Assembly: GCA_043814605.1 (NCBI GenBank)
Contig: JBDRJV010000022.1
Span: forward strand, 85,305-149,304
Direction of reading: 5' to 3'
DNA: 64,000 nucleotides
From: Candidatus Omnitrophota bacterium
GTDB taxonomy: Bacteria > Omnitrophota > Gorgyraeia > B26-G9
Position numbers and translations under genes: made by a program. Below, in pieces: positions 38,656 through 47,343 of this stretch (its first letter is position 1; the number at the start of each line of letters is the position of its first letter). Under the pieces are notes generated by a model. The model saw nothing but the letters and a program-made list of their open reading frames with translations. It was not told the origin of the DNA and did not search any database.

Positions 38656-39897
38656 TTATTCATACAAAGGAAATTTTGAAGTTAACAATTTAACTTTTTG
38701 TTTTGCTTTTTTCATATCATCAAAAGTAGGCAATCCCTGCCGGACCAAAATCATATCGATAATACTTGCGATTTGGCCCATTTGATTTTCTTTCATGCCG
38801 CGCGTGGTTACAGCCGGAGTTCCTAATCTTATGCCGCTGGTAACAAAAGGTGATTTTACATCAAACGGAATTAAATTTTTGTTAACCGTAACATTTACTT
38901 TCCCTAATATTGCTTGGGCATCTTTGCCGGTAATGTTACGGCTAGACAAATCAACTAACATCAGATGGTTATCTGTGCCGCCGGTAACAATGCGAAACCC
39001 TTTTTGTTTTAAACTTTCTGCTAAGCCGCGTGCATTTACCGTGATTTGTTTTTGATAAGTTTTAAATCCAGGGGTTAACGCTTCTTTAAACGAAACTGCT
39101 TTTGCCGCGATTGTGTGCATTAACGGCCCGCCTTGTGTGCCGGGAAAAACATTTAAATCGATTTTTTTGGCAAATTCGCTGCCGCAAAGGATTAACCCGC
39201 CGCGCGGCCCTCTTAAAGTTTTATGAGTTGTTGTCGTAACAAACTCTGCATAAGGCACAGGACTTTGATGAAGTCCCGCTGCCACTAATCCGGCAATATG
39301 CGCCATATCGGCTAACAGGTATGCCCCAACTTTATCACAAATTTTACGAAATTTTTTAAAATCAATAGCCCGCGGATAAGCTGAAGCACCGGCTAAAATC
39401 AATTTTGGCTTGTGTTTTTTCGCTAAATCTTCTATTTCCTCATAATCTAATCTCTCGGTTTTCTTGTTAACCCCATAAGGAACAATATGATAAAACACAC
39501 CGGAAAAATTAAGCGGGTGTCCGTGTGAAAGATGCCCTCCGCAAGCTAAATCCATAGCTAAAACTGTATCATTAGCACGCAGCACACTCATAAAAACAGC
39601 CATATTTGCCTGTGCCCCGCTATGCGGCTGTACATTAGCATGCTCAGCTTTAAAAAGTTTCTTTGCCCTTTCAATCGCCAATCGCTCAGCTTCGTCAACA
39701 AATTCACACCCCCCATACCAGCGTGCTCCGGGATAACCTTCTGCATACTTATTTGTTAATACAGAACCTTGTGCTTCCATCACTGCAAATGAAGTAAAAT
39801 TTTCACTAGCGATTAATTCAATATGTTCTCTTTGTCTTTTTAATTCTTTTTGTACTGCCTTATAAATTTCCGCATCAACTTTTTTTAAATATTTCAT
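38656..39897 (-). CDS. glyA: Serine hydroxymethyltransferase
   Basis: [39 protein letters not shown]. Confidence 0.98.
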   Translation of the reverse strand: MKYLKKVDAEIYKAVQKELKRQREHIELIASENFTSFAVMEAQGSVLTNKYAEGYPGARWYGGCEFVDEAERLAIERAKKLFKAEHANVQPHSGAQANMAVFMSVLRANDTVLAMDLACGGHLSHGHPLNFSGVFYHIVPYGVNKKTERLDYEEIEDLAKKHKPKLILAGASAYPRAIDFKKFRKICDKVGAYLLADMAHIAGLVAAGLHQSPVPYAEFVTTTTHKTLRGPRGGLILCGSEFAKKIDLNVFPGTQGGPLMHTIAAKAVSFKEALTPGFKTYQKQITVNARGLAESLKQKGFRIVTGGTDNHLMLVDLSSRNITGKDAQAILGKVNVTVNKNLIPFDVKSPFVTSGIRLGTPAVTTRGMKENQMGQIASIIDMILVRQGLPTFDDMKKAKQKVKLLTSKFPLYE

Positions 39898-39967
39898 TTG
39901 TGTTTAGCCTCGCTTTTGTAATTATTACTTTTGTATTTATGAAACCTTTGACAATCTTAGGATAAGT

Positions 39968-40396
39968 TTACTTATTAAACATCTTCACCCGTCGGGCATG
40001 GCGGCCTGCAGCAAATTTAGTTTTTAACCAAACTCCCAGGATTCTTTTTGCTTGCAGAGTTTTTACGAAACCCGCGGCTAAGACTAAAACATTTGCATCA
40101 TTATGTTCTCGTGAAAAACGCGCCATAGATACATTAAGACAATTTGCCGCGCGGATGCCTTTAACTGTACTGGCGGCCATAGTCATTCCCAGGCCGCTAT
40201 TACAAATAAGAATGCCTCTCTCTGCATTTTTTTTTACAACCGCCTGCGCCACTTTAAAAGCAAATTCAGGATAATCACAGGAGACCTCACAACTTGGCCC
40301 CATATCCATAACTTTATGCCCATATTTTTTCAAATAATTTATTAAATTTGCTTTAAGTTTAACTCCCCGGTGGTCACTGCCAATAGCTATCTTCAT
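39968..40396 (-). CDS. rpiB: Ribose-5-phosphate isomerase B
   Basis: GSDHRG, DYP, CNSGLGM, REHNDANVL, GRHARRV. Confidence 0.95.
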   Translation of the reverse strand: MKIAIGSDHRGVKLKANLINYLKKYGHKVMDMGPSCEVSCDYPEFAFKVAQAVVKKNAERGILICNSGLGMTMAASTVKGIRAANCLNVSMARFSREHNDANVLVLAAGFVKTLQAKRILGVWLKTKFAAGRHARRVKMFNK

Positions 40397-41457
40397 TATA
40401 ATTCTCCCATTAATCCTTCTATTGATTTTTCGATTTCTTCAGCCACATTATCATAAAAATTTAAATCCCGGCCAATGGGATCTTGTATGTCTAAAATCCC
40501 TTTCGCTTGCGGGAAAAACTGCTTTAATAAAATTATTTTTTTCTCTGCTTTTGTAAAATAATTAAGAATATATTGTTGATGTTTTTGCTCCATAACTAAA
40601 ATTAAATCCGCTGCCCGCACCATATCTTGCGTTAACCGTCTTGCCTTATGCGCTGAAATATCTGCATTTCTTTTTTTCGCTACTTCAATTGCCTCAGGCG
40701 ATGCCGGCATTCCCTCATAAGCCGCAACTCCGGCTGAGGAAACTTCAAACAAATCATTATCCTTAACAACCTTTTTCATCAACCCCTCGGCAATTGCACT
40801 CCGGCAGCTATTTCCCGTACAAACAAATAAAATATTTTTTGTTTTTTTTACTTTTTCTATCTGGGCTTCAGTGATCACCCCTTCTCTTAAAATTTTAATT
40901 TGATCCTGATCATCAATTTCACAAACAGTTGAAGAAATTCCATGTTTAGATTCTCCGGAATCAATCACTGCATCAATCCGGCCGTCGAAAGATTCTAAAA
41001 CATCTTCTGCGGAAAGTGCGGGTTCTTCACCGGCAAAATTAGCCGAAGGCCCATAAACCGGATCTCTGGTTTCTCTTAACAAAAGCTGTGTTACCGGATG
41101 ATCCGGAATTCTTAATCCTACTAGCTGATTATCATGGCCGTTTAATACTAAAGTTAAAGGCCTGGGCCAAAATTTTTTCATTAATTTAAATTTAAAAGTA
41201 CTAACATTTTTAACATATTTTAAAACTTGATCTGTATCATAAATACACAAAGAAAATTTTTTCTCCTCATTTCTTTGTTTTATGTAACGTAATTTTTCTA
41301 CAGCCAAATCCTGCGTCGTAATTGCGGCTAGTCCATAAACAGTTTCCGTAGGGAAAGCCACCAGCCCTCCATCTTTTAAAATTTGCGCTGCTTGTTTTAT
41401 TAATTCAATATCTGGATTTTCCGGATTAATTTTGAAAATTTTTGTTTTCTTATTCAT
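40396..41457 (-). CDS. tsaC: TsaC/Sua5 threonylcarbamoyl-AMP synthase fused to an LMW protein (arginine) phosphatase
   Basis: FPTETVYGL, PSAN; C-terminal VCTGNSCRS, SAG, DPIG. Confidence 0.9.
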   Translation of the reverse strand: MNKKTKIFKINPENPDIELIKQAAQILKDGGLVAFPTETVYGLAAITTQDLAVEKLRYIKQRNEEKKFSLCIYDTDQVLKYVKNVSTFKFKLMKKFWPRPLTLVLNGHDNQLVGLRIPDHPVTQLLLRETRDPVYGPSANFAGEEPALSAEDVLESFDGRIDAVIDSGESKHGISSTVCEIDDQDQIKILREGVITEAQIEKVKKTKNILFVCTGNSCRSAIAEGLMKKVVKDNDLFEVSSAGVAAYEGMPASPEAIEVAKKRNADISAHKARRLTQDMVRAADLILVMEQKHQQYILNYFTKAEKKIILLKQFFPQAKGILDIQDPIGRDLNFYDNVAEEIEKSIEGLMGEL

Positions 41458-41498
41458 GAGACATAAACCTTTAAATTCTCCCGCTCAGGCGGGATCAT

Positions 41499-41984
41499 TT
41501 AAATTTTAATCTTGCGGATTTCCTCAGCCATACCAGCTTTAAATTGGACTAACTGTTTCTGTAATCTTTTATCCTGTAATGCCAAAATTTGCACAGCTAA
41601 AATACCGGAATTTTGCGCCCCGGATTTACCGATCGACATACAAGCAACCGGAATCCCTTTGGGCATTTGCACAGTGGAAAGCAGACTGTCCAGCCCTTTT
41701 AATGTTTTTGTATCTATAGGGATACCAATAACCGGTAAAACTGTATGGGCGGCAACCGTCCCGGCTAAAGCCGCAGACATCCCGGCTGCAGCAATAACCA
41801 CTTGTACTCCTTTTTTCTGTAAACTTTCAACATATTTAACTACATCTTTAGGGGTACGGTGCGCAGAAAGAACTCTCATTTCAAAATTAACGCCAAAATT
41901 TTTCAGCACATTTGCTGCTTCTTGCACTGTTTCTAAATCTGACTTACTACCCATAATGACCGCAACTTTAATTTTCTTCTGCAT
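41499..41984 (-). CDS. purE: N5-CAIR mutase
   Basis: MGSKSD, SAHRTP, STVQMPKGIPVA. Confidence 0.97.
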   Translation of the reverse strand: MQKKIKVAVIMGSKSDLETVQEAANVLKNFGVNFEMRVLSAHRTPKDVVKYVESLQKKGVQVVIAAAGMSAALAGTVAAHTVLPVIGIPIDTKTLKGLDSLLSTVQMPKGIPVACMSIGKSGAQNSGILAVQILALQDKRLQKQLVQFKAGMAEEIRKIKI

Positions 41985-42000
41985 TTTATGTTCTCCTTTA

Positions 42001-42167
42001 TTTAGCGTAAAACGAATAGCGTTTAGCGATTAGTTATTTTTATCATTTAAACTGATAACATTTTCATTAATTTGCGCTAATTATTACTTCTATGCTTTTC
42101 GCTGCTTTTTATTTTTCTCTCCGCTTAACGCCTTTACCCGCAAGAGTGCTAACCGCTAAACGCCGTT
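42001..42167. repeat. Oppositely oriented heptamer arrays (TTTAGCG / CGCTAAA) at the purD-purE junction
   Basis: 42001-42033 tttagcg taaaacg aatagcg tttagcg attag; 42122-42167 cgcttaa cgccttt ... tgctaac cgctaaa cgccgtt. Confidence 0.7.
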
Positions 42168-43438
42168 TTTCTGTTTAATGCTTTTTTTCCGATATCTTTA
42201 CGAAAAAACATATTCTCAAATTTAATTTTTTCAACACCGGAATAAGCTTTATCCATAGCTTTTTCCATGCCTGCGCCTAATCCTGTTACGCCTAAAACTC
42301 TGCCGCCGTTGGTAAAAATATTGCCTGCTTTTTGTTTTGTTCCGGCATGAAAAATAATAATATCTTCTGTTTGTTTTAACTGATCCAATCCAAAAATTTG
42401 TTTGGTTTTTTCATACTTACCCGGATATCCTCCACTCGCCATAACCACACAAACACAATCTCGCTCATCCCATTGTGTCTCGATTTGATTTATTTTTTGT
42501 TCCTGGGCTTTTAAGATAATTTCAATCAGGTCAGTTTTCAATCGAGGTAAAATTACCTGGGTTTCCGGATCACCAAACCTTACATTAAATTCCAGTACTT
42601 TCGGACCATTTTCTGTAATCATCATCCCGGCATATAATACTCCGGTAAAAGGGATGCCTTCTTTCTTCATTCCCCGGATAGTCGGAATAATTACTTCTTT
42701 TTCAATCTTTGCAAACATTTCTTGTGTAATTACCGGAGCCGGGGAATAAGCACCCATGCCGCCGGTATTAGGCCCTTGATCTTTATCAAAAATTCTTTTA
42801 TGATCCTGGCTGGAAGCCAGCCTCAAAATATTTTCCCCATCACTGATTACAATAATTGACGCTTCTTCCCCGGTTAACATTTCCTCGATCATTAAAGTCC
42901 GGCCGGATGCACCAAACACACATTCTTCTAAAATTTCTTTTATGGCTTTCTCCTGTTCCGCCAAATTAGTACAAACATATACTCCTTTACCCGCACACAA
43001 TCCATTGGCTTTAATTACTAATGGCCGATTAGCATCTCTTACATATTCTAATGCTTCTTCGGGTACAGAAAAAACCTGAAAATCCGCTGTGGGCACTCCG
43101 TATCTTTTCATTATATTCTTGGCAAAAATTTTACTGGATTCAAGCTGGCTGGCCGCCTTAGTTGGCCCGAAAATATTTAGCCCCTGAGCTCTAAATACAT
43201 CCGTAATGCCTAAAGCCAACGGGATTTCTGGCCCGACTACGGTCAAATCAATATTTTCTTTTTTTACAAACTTAAGCAACCCTTCAATATCATCTGCCTT
43301 AATATCTATATTTTTAGCTAGTTCATTAATCCCCCCATTACCTGGGGCACAAAAAATTTTATTAACTCTTTTTGACTGAGCAATTTTCCAAACTAAAGCA
43401 TGTTCGCGGCCGCCACTACCCACAACTAAAATTCGCAT
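42149..43438 (-). CDS. purD: Phosphoribosylamine-glycine ligase
   Basis: GSGGREHAL, QDHKR, GPNTGGMGAYSP, EFNVRFGDPE. Confidence 0.98.
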   Translation of the reverse strand: MRILVVGSGGREHALVWKIAQSKRVNKIFCAPGNGGINELAKNIDIKADDIEGLLKFVKKENIDLTVVGPEIPLALGITDVFRAQGLNIFGPTKAASQLESSKIFAKNIMKRYGVPTADFQVFSVPEEALEYVRDANRPLVIKANGLCAGKGVYVCTNLAEQEKAIKEILEECVFGASGRTLMIEEMLTGEEASIIVISDGENILRLASSQDHKRIFDKDQGPNTGGMGAYSPAPVITQEMFAKIEKEVIIPTIRGMKKEGIPFTGVLYAGMMITENGPKVLEFNVRFGDPETQVILPRLKTDLIEIILKAQEQKINQIETQWDERDCVCVVMASGGYPGKYEKTKQIFGLDQLKQTEDIIIFHAGTKQKAGNIFTNGGRVLGVTGLGAGMEKAMDKAYSGVEKIKFENMFFRKDIGKKALNRKTAFSG

Positions 43439-43514
43439 TTATCCCTCCGAATTCATTAAAATTATAAAACACTAAGCTCTAAATCCTGAACTCATATTAT
43501 TTTTTTCCAGAATC

Positions 43515-44519
43515 CTAATTAATAAACTTAATATCTCCATTGCCTTTAATTACTTTTCCGATAATTTGGGATTTTATTTTAAATTTTTTCAAATGATTAA
43601 GCGTTGTCTTTGCATCTTCAGGACTAACTACCAATACCAGGCCGATCCCCATATTAAAGGTGCGGTACATTTCCGGATCATTAATATTTGCCCGCTTTTT
43701 AATCTCCTTAAATATTTTAGGCACACTCCAGCTTTTTTTATTAATTATCACCGCAGTATTTACAGGGAATATTCGCATCAGCTTTTCATAAAATGCGCCG
43801 CCGGTGATATGGGCAATACCACGGACATTTATTTTTTTTAATAAGGAAATAACCGGCTTTACATAAATTCGCGTGGGAACCAGTAATTCTTTGGCTCTTG
43901 ATTTAATTTCCTGCTTTGAAAAAACTTTATTTACCAAAGAAAACCCATTAGAATGCAAACCGCTGGAAGCCACGCCGATTAAAATATCCTCAGGTTTTAT
44001 GGTTTTCCCTGTAATAATTTTATTTTTTTCTGCAATGCCTACGCAAAAACCCGCTAAATCATATTCTTCTTTGGCATAGAGTGCCGGCATTTCTGCGGTT
44101 TCCCCGCCAATCAAAGCACAACCTGCTTCTTTACATCCCCGGCATATTCCCCTTACAATCGTTACCAATTTAGAATTATCTAACTTCCCGGTTGAGATAT
44201 AATCTAAGAAAAACAAAGGTTCTGCTCCCATCGCCAAAATATCATTAACATTCATCGCCACAAGATCAAAACCCACAGTATCATGTTTATTAGCTTGAAT
44301 CGCAATTTTTAACTTAGTTCCCACTCCATCGGCACTGGAAACTAAAACCGGATTTTTGTATTTAGTTAGAGCCAAGCCAAAGCATCCGCCAAAACCGCCG
44401 ATATCGTTTAAAACCCCGTTCCGATGCGTGGCTTTTACCAACGGTTTTATATTATCCACGAATTTATTAGCTTCGGTTATATTTACCCCTGCTTTTTTAT
44501 AAGTCATAGCTTTTGCCAT
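43515..44519 (-). CDS. purM: AIR synthase
   Basis: YKKAGV, DGVGTK, GGETAEMP, SSGLHSNG, HITGG, TFNMGIG. Confidence 0.98.
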   Translation of the reverse strand: MAKAMTYKKAGVNITEANKFVDNIKPLVKATHRNGVLNDIGGFGGCFGLALTKYKNPVLVSSADGVGTKLKIAIQANKHDTVGFDLVAMNVNDILAMGAEPLFFLDYISTGKLDNSKLVTIVRGICRGCKEAGCALIGGETAEMPALYAKEEYDLAGFCVGIAEKNKIITGKTIKPEDILIGVASSGLHSNGFSLVNKVFSKQEIKSRAKELLVPTRIYVKPVISLLKKINVRGIAHITGGAFYEKLMRIFPVNTAVIINKKSWSVPKIFKEIKKRANINDPEMYRTFNMGIGLVLVVSPEDAKTTLNHLKKFKIKSQIIGKVIKGNGDIKFIN

Positions 44520-44566
44520 AATTGCCTCTATTTTTTCTTTTTTTTAAATATATTTTTTAATTTTCT

Positions 44567-44594
44567 CTCTACTCTCTACTTGCTACTCGCTACT
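44567..44594. repeat. Heptamer array (NNCTACT) containing the purQ stop codon
   Basis: ctctact ctctact tgctact cgctact. Confidence 0.75.
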
Positions 44595-45387
44595 TCTTTA
44601 AGTAATCAATCGCATTTTGAAAAATTTTTAAGCCATCCGGAATAAAATCCTGCTTTTTTCTTGTCCAATGCGGATGCTGCGTTTTAAACACACAGCGCTC
44701 AGGATGCGGCATTAAACCAAAAACCCTTCCGGTTTGATCACAAATTCCGGCGATATCAGCCAAAGAACCGTTTGGATTTTCCGGATATCTGGACAAACCA
44801 CCCTGCTTATTACAATATTGAAAAACAATCTGACCATTATTTTTTAATTTATCTAAAACTTGACCATCTCGGGCAATAAACTTACCTTCTCCGTGAGCCA
44901 CAGGAAGATAAATTACTTGATCAATGCCTCTTGTCCAAACACATTTAGAATCTTTTTTTGGATCACAATCGTTTGGTTTCTTCAAATATACCCAGCGGTC
45001 TTCAAACTTACCGCTATCATTGCAAGATAAAGTGAGTACTTGTTTCCAGTTTTTACTATCCGGCAGGATCCCCATTTTTACAAGTACCTGAAATCCATTA
45101 CAAATCCCGATCATCAATCCATTTTTATCCAAAAATTTATGTAAATTGGTTTTTAATTTTGTTTGTAATTCATTCGCCAGGATTACGCCGGCGGCAATAT
45201 CATCCCCGTAAGTAAACCCTCCGGGAAAAGTAATAATCTGATAACGAGAAATTTTATCTGCTCCCCTGACCAAATCATTAATATGCGTTACCGTCACACA
45301 CGCTCCCAGAAATTCAAAAGCCAATTTTGTTTCCTGGTCACAATTTGTGCCAGCCGTACGTAAAATTAGAACCTTAATACTTTTCAT
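44590..45387 (-). CDS. purQ: FGAM synthase glutaminase subunit
   Basis: GTNCD, PGGFTYGDD, GICNGFQ, AHGEG, NPNGS, MPHPER. Confidence 0.96.
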   Translation of the reverse strand: MKSIKVLILRTAGTNCDQETKLAFEFLGACVTVTHINDLVRGADKISRYQIITFPGGFTYGDDIAAGVILANELQTKLKTNLHKFLDKNGLMIGICNGFQVLVKMGILPDSKNWKQVLTLSCNDSGKFEDRWVYLKKPNDCDPKKDSKCVWTRGIDQVIYLPVAHGEGKFIARDGQVLDKLKNNGQIVFQYCNKQGGLSRYPENPNGSLADIAGICDQTGRVFGLMPHPERCVFKTQHPHWTRKKQDFIPDGLKIFQNAIDYLKK

Positions 45388-47321
45388 CTCTCCTCTTGAG
45401 CCGGCTGATACAGAACAATCTTCCCGTATTTTTTTGCTTGGGTTAGCGCAAATTCGGCTTGTTTAATAAACTGCTCTTCGGTAAATTTTTTATCTACGCC
45501 GTTAAAGCAGGCAAAACCTATTGTTAAATTAATAATTATTTTTTCATTTTTATATTCATTTTGAAATTTATTGATATTTAATTTTAGTCTGTTGGCAACA
45601 ATCATTGTATCCTTTAAATGTTTTTCATAGATTTGCTCATTGTTTAAACCCTCTCCTTTTGCTGTTTCCGGCAAAATCACTCCAAATCTTTTTTCTCCGT
45701 AATGCGCCAAAACATCAACATTCCTAACATTAGTTTTTAAAAGCAATCCTATTCCTTTTAATAATAAATCTTTACCCTTTAAATCCAAAATCTCTCCGGA
45801 TTGTCCCTGATTATCCACTTCCAGAAACATTAAAGAAATTGCATGCCCGTAACGTTTAGAGCGCGCAATCTCTTCTCGTAAACGTGTTAAAAAATAATTT
45901 TGATTGAATGTTTTAGTAGAATTATCCACGATTGCTTCGCTGTAAAGCCGCACATGTTCGATTGCTTTTGCCGCTTCCTGCGTAAAAATTTCTAAAACAT
46001 CAATATCTCCCTGATTATAAATCTGGCCGGATCCTTTTTGACTAAAGGCCATGACCCCGATTAATTGATCTTTATACAATAATGGCGCAATCAGTTCTGC
46101 GTCTAAATTTGTAAATTCATCAAAATATTGATTGACGCAGGAACTGTCTTCAAACTGCATTAATTCCGAACGGATTAAAATTTTTGATTCTTTTTTAAGT
46201 TTTTCAATAATTCCATGGCTAAAATTGAAGTTTAAGTTTTTTATTTTTTCTTTGTTAACACCAAAAGAAGACCGCAGCATAAACTTTTTAGCAATATCAT
46301 CTTCTAAAAAGATGGCCATTTTCTTAACCCCCATTGTCTGCTCAATAACATGAATCATATAATCAAATAACTGATCAAAGTCTAGGATTGCCACCAGCGA
46401 TTGCGAGAGCTCTTTAAGTACAGTCTGATAATCGTACCTGCCTTTATACACTATTTTTTCCACACTCTTTTGCATTAATCCTTTATAAGGTGTAAACAAA
46501 ATCAGGCAAACGATTATTAATACAGAAAATGTTGTTGCTAAAAAGAATCCCAATGTATCCAAAAACAAGCCTGTAATAAGAATATGCCCCAAGAGCAGCG
46601 GCCCGATAAATAAGAAAACAGACATTGTTTTATTAACAATTAAATCAAATTCTAAAAATCTAAACCGCACAATAGAGTAAGACATCGCGGTAAAAGAGAT
46701 GATCATTAAAATCAGGCTAAACGGATAAGGATCAATACCCCAATGAGCGCTAAAAGTTAAAATCAAAGCAATTTCTATTCCCAAGATAGCCAGAATTGTA
46801 AACCGCGCTTGTCTTTTTGCTAATTCGGAAATTTTATCACTTCTTAATTTAATAGCATTAACTATTATTCCGATAGGTAAAAATAAAAAACTATTTAATC
46901 CAAAAACATAATAAGGCAAATTTTCTAAGCTGGGTAAACTCACTCCAATGCGGCGCTGAAAATACACGGGATAACCGTTGAACCAAAAATAAAAAACAGA
47001 AAGACTTAAAAGATAAGACAGCCCCAATACCACCTGGGATAATCTGCCTTTTCTCTGCCGCATAATCAGCAATAAATTTAATAAAACCGGCACAGAAAAA
47101 CAAGCTCCGGATAAGAAAATCCTGAACCAAATATTAAGCAGTTCCGGGTTATCCGCGAACTGAATAAACCCAAAATGCATTAAAAAATAACAGAATAAAG
47201 TTAATGCAGCAAAAAAATAGGGTTTACTTAAATAAGACTTACCCGCTTTCCTGAGAATATAAATACCGGTGCCTAAACTAAAACAAGCGGAAATAAACGG
47301 GATAAATGCATTAATGCTCAT
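45384..47321 (-). CDS. Multi-TM sensor-GAF-GGDEF protein with a degenerate active site
   Basis: About 9 N-terminal TMs, GAF (PL...LIGVM), DNSTKTFN, RNVD I-site, HYGEKRF in place of RYGGEEF. Confidence 0.8.
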   Translation of the reverse strand: MSINAFIPFISACFSLGTGIYILRKAGKSYLSKPYFFAALTLFCYFLMHFGFIQFADNPELLNIWFRIFLSGACFSVPVLLNLLLIMRQRKGRLSQVVLGLSYLLSLSVFYFWFNGYPVYFQRRIGVSLPSLENLPYYVFGLNSFLFLPIGIIVNAIKLRSDKISELAKRQARFTILAILGIEIALILTFSAHWGIDPYPFSLILMIISFTAMSYSIVRFRFLEFDLIVNKTMSVFLFIGPLLLGHILITGLFLDTLGFFLATTFSVLIIVCLILFTPYKGLMQKSVEKIVYKGRYDYQTVLKELSQSLVAILDFDQLFDYMIHVIEQTMGVKKMAIFLEDDIAKKFMLRSSFGVNKEKIKNLNFNFSHGIIEKLKKESKILIRSELMQFEDSSCVNQYFDEFTNLDAELIAPLLYKDQLIGVMAFSQKGSGQIYNQGDIDVLEIFTQEAAKAIEHVRLYSEAIVDNSTKTFNQNYFLTRLREEIARSKRYGHAISLMFLEVDNQGQSGEILDLKGKDLLLKGIGLLLKTNVRNVDVLAHYGEKRFGVILPETAKGEGLNNEQIYEKHLKDTMIVANRLKLNINKFQNEYKNEKIIINLTIGFACFNGVDKKFTEEQFIKQAEFALTQAKKYGKIVLYQPAQEER

Positions 47322-47343
47322 AACTTACTCCTCATCCTCTAAT

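Noticed and set aside
41512-42033. 173-aa + strand ORF and the other short ORFs nested in or antisense to long genes
   Set aside because: Shadow frames of well-supported genes; no RBS or motifs
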